The notes: generated from the letters alone by a model not told the origin. Counted from the first letter of the stretch, positions 1 through 7,729 are shown. The stretch is 9,991 nt of DNA from Paraspadella gotoi (GCA_051294375.1 JBJCIZ010000241.1:1-9991); one strand, 5' to 3'. Numbers and translations: made by a program.

Positions 1-239
1 GGGAAATTTATTAAGGTTTTGCAATAATTTGTACTTTGTATATAATTTAAATAAGTTAAAAAATAAGTTAAATAATAAGTTAAATAATTAAGGGTATGTT
101 AATATAAAGTTAACATGAAGTTAATTAGTATATTAGTATATAAAATAAATATTAAATATAATCAAAATATAAATTATATGATTTAAAGAATATATTATGA
201 ATATTTAATTTCCTAAATTTTAATTATATATATAGTAAT

Positions 240-416
240 GGAGCCGGAGTTGGAGCCGGAGCTGGAGCCGAGGTGAAATTTTTGCTGGAGCCGGAGCCAG
301 AGCCAGAGCCGAAAAAAAATTTTGCTTGGAGCCGGAGCCGGAGCTGGAGCCGGAAAAAAATTGGCCTGGAGCCGGAGCTGGAGCCGAGACAAAATTAGGT
401 CGGCTCCACATCCCTG
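240..416. mobile_element. One end of a non-autonomous hAT(Ac)-like element with a (GGAGCC)n subterminal array
   Basis: Runs of GGAGCC/GGAGCT hexamers separated by A/T spacers end in CGGCTCCACATCCCTG (401-416). Its reverse complement begins CAGGGATG, the first 8 nt of the maize Ac TIR. No matching second TIR or 8-bp TSD is visible. Confidence 0.6.
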
Positions 417-451
417 CGAAAAAACGTTTCTCATCCAACTTTGTAAATTTG

Positions 452-490
452 CGCTGATGAAGGTTCGAAAAAGAACCGAAACATGTCCGA
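452..490 (+). ncRNA. Minimal type I hammerhead ribozyme-like motif (Penelope-like element type)
   Basis: CTGATGA (454-460), one extra A, stem II GGTTC/GAACC (462-466/473-477), GAAA (478-481), palindromic minimal stem III ACATGT and GTC cleavage triplet (485-487). Stem I is only about 2 bp (CG/CG). Confidence 0.7.
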
Positions 491-496
491 TATAAA

Positions 497-538
497 AACA
501 AGTTTGAGCAAACAATGACGGATCTGCCCGCGATCATT
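497..538 (-). mobile_element. Orphan 3' end of HINE/DINE-1-like family A
   Basis: AACAAGTTTGAGCAAACAATGACGGATCTGCCCGCGATCATT is a near-exact reverse complement of 2197-2238 (stem-loop GTTTG-AG-CAAAC plus subTIR). It is followed by (TTAA)n-rich sequence, as in the full copy. Confidence 0.8.
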
Positions 539-664
539 AATTAATTTAAGTTAATTAAGTAATTAGTCAATTAATTAATTATTTAAAACTGACATGTATG
601 ATTTTCGTCACTGACCACGGTAAAAGCAACGACGATGATTTGCTGTCGCCAACAAAATTATATA

Positions 665-708
665 TATTAAATGGATGGATAATTTTTATATTGGTTGTAC
701 CAATTTCA
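665..708 (+). repeat. Dispersed repeat fragment, inverted copy at 9004-9057
   Basis: TATTAAATGGATGGATAATTTTTATATTGGTTGTACCAATTTCA aligns, with small indels, to the reverse complement of 9004-9057. Confidence 0.7.
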
Positions 709-751
709 TATTAAAAATTGAACAAAAAATAGGTACACTGATTAAATTATA

Positions 752-791
752 AACAAGTTTGAGCAAACTATGCTGGATCTGCCCACGATCA
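752..791 (-). mobile_element. Orphan 3' end of HINE/DINE-1-like family A
   Basis: AACAAGTTTGAGCAAACTATGCTGGATCTGCCCACGATCA carries the same stem-loop and a mutated subTIR. The body may extend rightwards, but no 5' subTIR was found. Confidence 0.78.
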
Positions 792-1583
792 CAAGCGGTA
801 AGCAGCTGTTGAGATAATTAATTAATTAATTAATATGAATTTTTTTAATTCGTATCTCGATAACAAAATTAATTAAATAATTAATAACAAATAATTAATA
901 ATTATGAAATAAAAAATATGAGGACGTTAAAATATTGGACGTAAGGTAGCGGTAGCCGACCAAATTCAGATTTCAATGGGAACAGCATTAAACTAATCCA
1001 TTATTGGTATTAATTATTGTGTTAAAATATTTTTTTGCAAAAATGTTTCGAACCATGAGTAATTCGCTAATTAATATTATTATATTGCTATATAATGTTA
1101 AAAATTTTTTTTGGATATTTTAAGTTTTTTTAATTGATTCTGATAGAGCTTAAAAAGTTAAGCAAAACACTTTTAAAATTTTGATGTTTTATTACTAAAA
1201 ATTAGTAAAAACTGCTAAAATTATCGGACGATGATGATGATGATTTTTTAAGGTTTTTCTCAATTTTAACCCACTTATCATCAAAATATTGAAAAAAGAA
1301 TTAAACTTTGTGTAGATAACTTTTTATAAGCTATTTGAATCTCCTTTTAAAAATAAAAAATTCAAAAAAATTTTTTTGACATTTCCTATCTATAAATAAA
1401 TATTAAAAAATTAATTACTAATGCTTCTTGCCATTTTAGAAAATTTTGCTCCATTGAAAGTTTTCTCAGAAATGTATGAAGTTTCATTTGGAAAGGTTCC
1501 CAAATCAAACTTCTGACCCACCCCATTGACAAAGTTTGGCTCTACATAAGGTAGGACTAAGCTCTGAATAAAAAAGCCAGAGG

Positions 1584-2238
1584 TTTTTAGTCGGATCTGC
1601 TTTCATCAGACTCTATAATTCACTTTGTCGGTCCGTCGGTCTGCCCCCTCAATCTTGTCGGGCATTCACTTATATCATGTCAGAACATCGAATTATGATA
1701 AATTATGTAAAAAAAACGATGTCCGTCCATCCGTCCGTCTGTCCGTCCCACCTTAGCAAAAAACATCAATTACTCGTGATTGGATGGATGGATTGGAATA
1801 CAATTTTGTGTGTGGGTGGGGAAGTGTGTGATTGAGCTGGATATGAAGTTTCGATGGAATCGTCCGAGTGGAAATGAGTTTAAATGGAAAAAACAAAAAA
1901 ATATATTTCACTATTTGAACACCAATTAATCATGAGTGGATAGGGTGATTGACCTGAAATTTTGTATGTCAGAAGGAAAGTGTGTGATTAAGCGGGAGAT
2001 CAAGTTTCAATGGAACCGTTTGAGTGGAACTAATTGATAATGCTTCCTTTTCTTTTTATATTAAATGCAAATGCAAGATGTATTAATTAATCAAATAATT
2101 ATCAGTTAATTAATCAATCAGTCAATTAATCAATCAAAACAAACATTTTGGATCAAATTAATTAGGCAATTAATTATTAATTAATTAATTACCGATAATG
2201 ATCGTGGGCAGATCCGACATTGTTTGATCAAACTTGTT
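1584..2238 (+). mobile_element. Full-length HINE/DINE-1-like non-autonomous Helentron-type element (family A)
   Basis: 5' T-run, then subTIR GTCGGATCTGC (1590-1600) inside a 5' hairpin (AGTCGGAT 1589-1596 / ATCAGACT 1605-1612). (GTCY)n microsatellites at 1627-1643 and 1721-1748, and central 156-bp tandem repeats. Perfect 3' subTIR GCAGATCCGAC (2208-2218), terminal palindrome GTTTGATCAAAC (2222-2233) and a TTGTT end. This is the DINE-1/HINE architecture. Confidence 0.85.
1763..2029 (+). repeat. Central tandem repeat, period 156 bp (about 1.7 copies)
   Basis: 1763-1873 aligns without gaps to 1919-2029 (for example AAGTGTGTGATT at 1822 and 1978, GAGTGGAA ending at 1873 and 2029). Confidence 0.9.
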
Positions 2239-2851
2239 TAACAACCAGATTGAAAAACAAATCTTTAAAAAATGTGCTTACTGCTTTAACTTAAAAAATT
2301 TGTTATTTACCGATTTATAAAAAAATGATTTAAAACAAAATGTTTACATATTACTAAAAAATTATTGTACTTTTAAATTGCTTTAGCGATTTACTTACCC
2401 CCTGAAAGTTTTTTTTTCCTAATTTTCCAATTTTGTTTTTCAATTTTTTTTCCGTCTTCTTTGTAACTTTTTCTACCTACTACGAGGATATGTCTCTTAC
2501 TTTTTCTCCTATGAGCATTTTCCCTTTACTTTTTATAGAAATTTGCTCTTCTGTCTGCACCTACTAGATCTTCACTTGCCTCGCTTTATACAAAATAGCA
2601 AATTTTTGCTAGTTTTGGTCTTAATAAATCAGATGGCTCCACAAACAAAAGAGTGTTTTTAAAACAAAATAGCAATGAAATTTAGTTTTAGTATATCTTT
2701 TCTGAAACAAAAGAACAGTCCTATTAAATCTTCTTTGTATTTTCATCCTATTCTACTAGAGGGCTTCACAAAACAGGAGGCCTTTTGTAAGACAAAGGAA
2801 CATTCAAAAAATTTTATCTGCACCCACTAGTCTTCACTTGCACCTGCTCTT

Positions 2852-2861
2852 NNNNNNNNNN
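2852..2861. other. Assembly gap (10 N)
   Basis: N run abutting the minisatellite. Confidence 1.
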
Positions 2862-3083
2862 AAGTTAAAAAAATTATTTAAGTTGAAAAAATTATTTAAG
2901 TTGAAAAAATTATGCAAGTTAAAAAAATTATGCAAGTTGAAAAAATTATGCAAGTTGAAAAAATTATGCAAATTGAAAAAATTATACAAGTTGAAAAAAT
3001 TATGCATGTTGACAAAATTATATAAGTTGAAAAAATGATGCAAGTTGAAAAAATGATGCAAGTTGAAAAAATTATGCAAGTTA
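2862..3083 (+). repeat. 18-bp minisatellite (AAGTTGAAAAAATTATGC)n
   Basis: Twelve full copies plus a partial copy, truncated on the left by the gap. Confidence 0.97.
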
Positions 3084-3692
3084 AGAAAAAGGGTCACTCA
3101 AATCAACTTGAAAATAGGCAAAACAAATCTTAAAAGTATAAGGATCTTACCAAAGAATAGTATTAATGAAAAAGTACTATAATCTAATTTGAATATTGCC
3201 AGTAAATCATAATGAAGTAAAAATTACGCAAAATACTTGAATCGATATGAAACAAAAAATTGGGCACACATTTCAACTTCCTCACTGCCTCACTAATGAA
3301 ACTTGATAACTAGATACATTGTTTGGTAGTTAAACTATAAACCGTCAAAAATAGGCAGTAAAAAAATTATCGGCATATTGCAAACAATCTGCCATATTGA
3401 AATTGTGAAAAAAAATTTAAGGTTTTTCGATCAACAACATTGGACTAAGTATGAAAAAGATTTCCTCTGACAATGAAATCTGTATTAAATATGCTATTTG
3501 CCTATTTTATTATTTATTTCTTTGATAACAATCATGTTAATTTCTATTAATTTGTGACCAGGAACAGATTGCTTGCATTTATACAATAAAGCCAAAGTAT
3601 TTGGTTAATACCAATTTTCCTCTGGGATGCTTGTGTAGTTCTGTAATACTAAAAATGGCGAAAATAAAAGTTTTTAGAAGGAAAAAAATAAT

Positions 3693-4514
3693 NNNNNNNN
3701 NNNNNNNNNNNNNNNNNNNNNNNNNNNNNNNNNNNNNNNNNNNNNNNNNNNNNNNNNNNNNNNNNNNNNNNNNNNNNNNNNNNNNNNNNNNNNNNNNNNN
3801 NNNNNNNNNNNNNNNNNNNNNNNNNNNNNNNNNNNNNNNNNNNNNNNNNNNNNNNNNNNNNNNNNNNNNNNNNNNNNNNNNNNNNNNNNNNNNNNNNNNN
3901 NNNNNNNNNNNNNNNNNNNNNNNNNNNNNNNNNNNNNNNNNNNNNNNNNNNNNNNNNNNNNNNNNNNNNNNNNNNNNNNNNNNNNNNNNNNNNNNNNNNN
4001 NNNNNNNNNNNNNNNNNNNNNNNNNNNNNNNNNNNNNNNNNNNNNNNNNNNNNNNNNNNNNNNNNNNNNNNNNNNNNNNNNNNNNNNNNNNNNNNNNNNN
4101 NNNNNNNNNNNNNNNNNNNNNNNNNNNNNNNNNNNNNNNNNNNNNNNNNNNNNNNNNNNNNNNNNNNNNNNNNNNNNNNNNNNNNNNNNNNNNNNNNNNN
4201 NNNNNNNNNNNNNNNNNNNNNNNNNNNNNNNNNNNNNNNNNNNNNNNNNNNNNNNNNNNNNNNNNNNNNNNNNNNNNNNNNNNNNNNNNNNNNNNNNNNN
4301 NNNNNNNNNNNNNNNNNNNNNNNNNNNNNNNNNNNNNNNNNNNNNNNNNNNNNNNNNNNNNNNNNNNNNNNNNNNNNNNNNNNNNNNNNNNNNNNNNNNN
4401 NNNNNNNNNNNNNNNNNNNNNNNNNNNNNNNNNNNNNNNNNNNNNNNNNNNNNNNNNNNNNNNNNNNNNNNNNNNNNNNNNNNNNNNNNNNNNNNNNNNN
4501 NNNNNNNNNNNNNN
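3693..4514. other. Assembly gap (822 N)
   Basis: N run. Confidence 1.
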
Positions 4515-4570
4515 CGCACACTTTTATAAAAATTCATCGTAATTCATTTTTTTTATTAAAAAAAAAAGTT

Positions 4571-4691
4571 GTAAGTCCCAGTCAAAACTATAAAAGCGTA
4601 GTAGTTTTTATAGAAAAACAGCGTAACGACGTCGACGACGACTACGTCACAAAGAAGCGTCCCCTTCGCATTATCTCGCCAAGATTCCTTG
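4571..4691 (-). mobile_element. 5' part of HINE-like family B, terminal hairpin split by the hAT insertion (remainder at 6540-6555)
   Basis: The minus strand reads hairpin, spacer, (GTC)n microsatellite, then ACGCTGTTTTTCTATAAAAACTACTACGC. Block 4571-4658 recurs at 6261-6354. Removing 4692-6547 restores TATCTCGCCAAG-ATTC-CTTGGCGAGATA. Confidence 0.65.
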
Positions 4692-4732
4692 TAGGGTTCC
4701 GATAACCGTTAATTTTTGAGAAATTTCGCTTA

Positions 4733-4800
4733 ACCGTTAAAACTAATATTTTTAACGGTTGACCGTTAAAACTAATATTTTTAACGGTTGACCGTTAAAA
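4733..4800. repeat. 29-bp self-complementary subterminal tandem repeat (about 2.3 copies)
   Basis: Unit ACCGTTAAAACTAATATTTTTAACGGTTG. Each unit has a 10-bp stem (ACCGTTAAAA/TTTTAACGGT) and reiterates the inner TIR motif ACCGTTAA. Confidence 0.92.
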
Positions 4801-4879
4801 TCGGTTAATTTTATAATTTAACTTTTAGACAGGAAAACAATGTATTTGTTTTGTTTCAATGAATTTTTAGGACATTTTT

Positions 4880-4921
4880 TCGGACATGTTTCGACTCTAC
4901 AATTAGAGTCTTTATCTGCAA
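4880..4921 (-). ncRNA. Degenerate minimal hammerhead-like motif (left arm)
   Basis: The minus strand reads CAGATAA-A-GACTCTA-ATTG-TAGAGTC-GAAAC-AT-GTC-CGA. Stem II is a perfect 7 bp and the 3' core is intact, but the CUGAUGA box has two substitutions. Confidence 0.55.
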
Positions 4922-4931
4922 TGATGCTGCA

Positions 4932-4973
4932 ATGCTGATGAATACTTTAATTTTAGAGTTGAAAGATGTCCGA
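4932..4973 (+). ncRNA. Degenerate minimal hammerhead-like motif (right arm)
   Basis: CTGATGA (4935-4941) is intact. Stem II is ACTTTA/TAGAGT with a G-U pair, followed by GAAA (4961-4964) and GTC (4968-4970), but stem III has a C-to-G change. Confidence 0.55.
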
Positions 4974-5218
4974 AAAAATGTCCTAAAAATTCGTTGAAAC
5001 AAAACAAATATATTGTTTTCCTCTCTAAATTCGAAACACAAGTAAATCGAAAGTCTATACACAATATATAATTTAACTTTAAATTTAAAATATTATTATT
5101 TAAATCAAACTAAAGTATTTAATGATATTTTATCTTTAACCCTTGCTCCTGAATCTTTTTTATCTTCTATTTCAGATAGATAGATACACATTTTAGTTAG
5201 TTAGTAAATGAAAAATTG

Positions 5219-5254
5219 GTTTGAGCAAACTATTTTAAATCTACCTATGATAAT
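5219..5254 (-). mobile_element. Highly decayed 3' end of HINE family A
   Basis: GTTTGAGCAAAC stem-loop followed by TATTTTAAATCTACCTATGATAAT, alignable to TATGTCGGATCTGCCTACGATAAT. Confidence 0.6.
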
Positions 5255-6030
5255 TTAGCTAATCAGATTATGCATCGTGATAAATCTTACGTATAAAACT
5301 TTTTCTTTTGCCTCATAGCATAATAAAAATATATAAAAGGACAAAAAAAGAAAAACTACAATGTAATTCTAATTTTATGTTTTGTTTTTTCTTTCTCTCT
5401 CTTTCTTTTATTCTTTCGTTATATCTCTTCCTTATTTTTCTAGTTGTTAGTTTCTTGAACGCTTGTTTTCTCTTTTTATTTTTCCATAAATATAAATTAT
5501 GAATAATAATTTTTTGATTGAAAGTTTGATTGAACGATTGCTCCAAAGATTTATTGATTTTTAAATATTTTTTTCAGTTTTATTAAAAAATATATCATGA
5601 TTGAAGGATAGTTTTAGTTAGCCTTAAGGTCCATTTTAAGATTAGTTCCTTCTATTATTATTTTTTTTATTTCATTTATTTTTATTTAGTTTTTTTAATA
5701 ATTTTTTCATTCATTTGGGTTTTATTTCATTTGCTTCTTTGTTTGTTTAAAGAGTGAAATAAAAAAATAGCAAAATAGGATATATTATTTTATAAGAATT
5801 TAATTTGCAAGAAAATGTATGCAACTATTTGCATGTGCATATATATTATATTTTATTATATTATTTGATGTAAATGCATAAAATTAATTGAATGGAAAAA
5901 TGAAAAAAAAATAGGGAGAAAATAAGTAAGAAAAAGAAAAAAACACTGGAAGGGAAGAAAAAAAATGAAAAAGGTAAAAGAAAAGGGAGAAAAAAATCTC
6001 AAAAGAATAGGATCGAGCCTCCCTTCAATA

Positions 6031-6168
6031 ATAACCAAATATTGATGCGATGATAACCAAATATTGATGTAATGATAACCAATAATTGATGCGATCATAA
6101 CCAAATGATCAATGTGATTATAACCAAATGATTGATATGATAATAACCAAATGGTTGATGCGATGATA
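6031..6168 (+). repeat. 22-23-bp minisatellite (ATAACCAAATATTGATGCGATG)n
   Basis: Six copies starting at 6031, 6053, 6075, 6097, 6120 and 6143. Confidence 0.93.
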
Positions 6169-6170
6169 GT

Positions 6171-6248
6171 CATTCACTTATATCATGTCAGAACATCGAA
6201 TTATGATAAATTATGCAAAAAAAACGATGTCCGTCCGTCCGTCCGTCC
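6171..6248 (+). repeat. Second copy of the internal module 1663-1748 with a (GTCC)n tail
   Basis: 6171-6236 matches 1663-1728 at 65/66 positions. Confidence 0.95.
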
Positions 6249-6570
6249 GGAAAAAAAACGGTAAGTCACAGCCAAACCTATAAAAGCGTAGTAGTTTTTA
6301 TATAAAAACAGCGTGACGCCGACGACGACGACGACGACGACGTCACAAAGAAGCAATCCTAAAACAGGCAAAGCCTGTCCTGGCTCGATAAAAAGGAGAG
6401 AAAATAAAGGGGGAAAAGAAGGAGGGGAAAAGAGAGAAAGAAAAAGAAAGGTACAGAAGGAGATTAGTATAGAAAAAAAATTAAAAGGGTTGAAAATAAC
6501 AAAAGAAAAAAATAACTGTTAACGGTTATCGTAACCCTAATTCCTTGGCGAGATATTGAAGTACAGATTC

Positions 6571-6611
6571 AACAAGTTTGAGCAAGCAATGTCGGATCTG
6601 CCTACGATAAT
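6571..6611 (-). mobile_element. 3' end of HINE family A
   Basis: AACAAGTTTGAGCAAGCAATGTCGGATCTGCCTACGATAAT with intact subTIR GTCGGATCTGC (6591-6601). Confidence 0.8.
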
Positions 6612-6725
6612 GCAACCATCGGTGATGCCTCTGGCACTTGCACATGAAAGAAAGAGAGATAAACGAGATAAGAGAACGGGGAGAAGATTATTCCTGTGCA
6701 ACCTCAATGGTTGCAGGCGCCTCTA

Positions 6726-7146
6726 CCTTGAGGTATACTTGCGAACTCGGGAACCACCGGGAGCCACCCCAGCCTCACAATGGCAATGAAGGGCAATGAC
6801 CAACAATCCTCTACCTAGACCATGTCTTCTTGTGATTATACAGTCGAGCAGAACGGGTACTTGTGTTCATGCTGCGCTCTGCGCTGAGGCTACCGCGCAT
6901 AAAGGGGATATATAAGGCAAACAGGGCCCGGTGAACTGGCGGCTGGGAAAACGAATATTGGACGTGAATATTCGGCAAGCCTCTCCGCCAAGGGCATGTT
7001 TTAAGATGGGAAAGGACCAGCCAAACAAGGAGGCTTGCTATAGAAACAACTTTACCACACCTCATGCTGCTCTTAAATTTGCCCACAACCTATTTGAATG
7101 GTTATTGTCGGAGATGAAAAAAAACCCGACCAACCATGTCATTATG
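6726..7146 (-). pseudogene. Decayed Helitron RepHel fragment, HUH Rep domain
   Basis: One minus-strand frame with two internal stops gives DMVGRVF (7140-7120), GKVVS, RRGLPNIH (6987-6964), LSAE (6888-6877) and RLYN (6846-6835). These are collinear with the Helitron Rep pattern RPDxVxRVF..FGKV..QKRGLPHxH..ISAE..LY. A shifted frame gives LHCHCE..VRKYTSR, weakly like CHINVE..KYxxK. Confidence 0.62.
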
Positions 7147-7383
7147 TCACCATATGGAAATCCAGTGTTGACACAGACCCAGGATTGTTGAAGCGAGCGC
7201 TGATATTATTACACAAAAAGAAAACCTTCATTTGACTTTTTATTCACAAAGAGCAGATAAGCAAAGTGAAAAAAAGCACGAAGCAAACTCGGCCGGAAAA
7301 CAAACAAAGGAACAAGCTTTATTATCGTCCAATCAACAAAGGAGGAAACAAATTCAACAAGAGGAGAAGAGAAAAACCCTTAC

Positions 7384-7729
7384 CGGCGGCGCCTCCCACG
7401 GGAAAATCAAGGTTGGTATTTGCGTATCTCAACCAGACGAGGACCTTATTGTACGCACGCGCCCGCTCGTTCATCTTTTTCGTATTTGACCGGTTGCACC
7501 AACAGAACAACAGCGGTCAAAAGAATATATTTCAGGCGCACTCATTCTTTTTTTTTTTCAACCTCCCCTCACTCAAGTCATCGAAAAGGCAAGGGGACCG
7601 GCAACCATTAATCGTCGTCTCAATAGCTGGCAAAAGAGTATGAAAATACCCATCGGACGGCCGGCTTTCTCTTTTTAACTTAAACTTGATATTGGGTGGT
7701 GGTGATGAAAAGGCACCGGCTAACATCAC
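7384..7729 (-). pseudogene. Possible decayed N-terminal Helitron RepHel exon
   Basis: FDRCCSVG (7521-7498) is followed, in another frame, by RAYNKVL..NLDFPVG (RAYN 7459-7448), resembling FxxCCxxG..IRxYNxxL..xDxPxG. It ends at a G/GTAAG donor-like site (7383-7379). Same strand and correct order relative to the Rep fragment, but spacing is much shortened. Confidence 0.38.

Larger units (their letters stand above)
4824..5066. mobile_element. Foldback insertion: 206-bp gapless imperfect palindrome (4824-5029) plus a 37-bp tail; putative inverted Penelope-like pseudo-LTR remnant
   Basis: Position i pairs with 9853-i throughout, with 4 mismatches in the 66-bp segment 4834-4899/4954-5019. It is flanked by an exact 14-bp direct repeat TATAATTTAACTTT (4812-4825, 5067-5080). 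Each arm carries a hammerhead-like motif. The palindrome is directly seen; the PLE origin is inferred. Confidence 0.7.
5996..6394 (-). mobile_element. Composite HINE-like element nested in the hAT element (family B body, different termini)
   Basis: The minus-strand 5' end is TTTTT-ATCGAGCC (6394-6382) with hairpin ACAGGC-AAA-GCCTGT (6364-6378), then (GTC)n and the block shared with 4571-4658. An inverted ATCGAGCC at 6012-6019 is the candidate 3' subTIR, with a weak stem-loop next to it. Confidence 0.5.
4692..6539. mobile_element. Non-autonomous hAT-type DNA transposon, 1848 bp, carrying nested repeats
   Basis: TIR TAGGGTTCCGATAACCGTTAA (4692-4712) matches the reverse complement of 6519-6539 at 20/21. 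Perfect 8-bp TSD ATTCCTTG (4684-4691 and 6540-6547). TAGGG terminus and AACCGTT/AACGGTT subterminal repeats. No transposase ORF. Confidence 0.92.

Noticed and set aside
213-537. Two minus-strand ORFs with PAPAP and GSSSGS runs
   Set aside because: They are translations of the GGAGCC array and adjacent element ends.
1595-1612. CTGATGA on the minus strand (1609-1603) as another hammerhead
   Set aside because: No stem II or GAAA follows; it is the arm of the HINE 5' hairpin.
2834-3097. KLKKLC and NLHNFF repeat ORFs, or a CRISPR-like array
   Set aside because: This is a head-to-tail 18-bp minisatellite with no spacers; the frames stay open because the period is a multiple of 3 and they run into a gap.
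3440-3656. Possible minus-strand exon after a TTTTTAG acceptor-like site
   Set aside because: All three frames close quickly and no protein motif is recognisable.
3601-4542. Long ORFs of about 290-313 aa
   Set aside because: They consist almost entirely of N-gap.
5308-6522. Phe/Leu-rich and Lys/Glu-rich short ORFs
   Set aside because: They derive from low-complexity purine/pyrimidine tracts and tandem repeats inside the hAT element, with no transposase motifs.
6931-7191. Plus-strand ORF with serpin-like FAHNLF..NHVIMSPYG
   Set aside because: It is a short single resemblance that overlaps the better-supported multi-motif Helitron Rep frame on the opposite strand. A BLASTX search would settle it.
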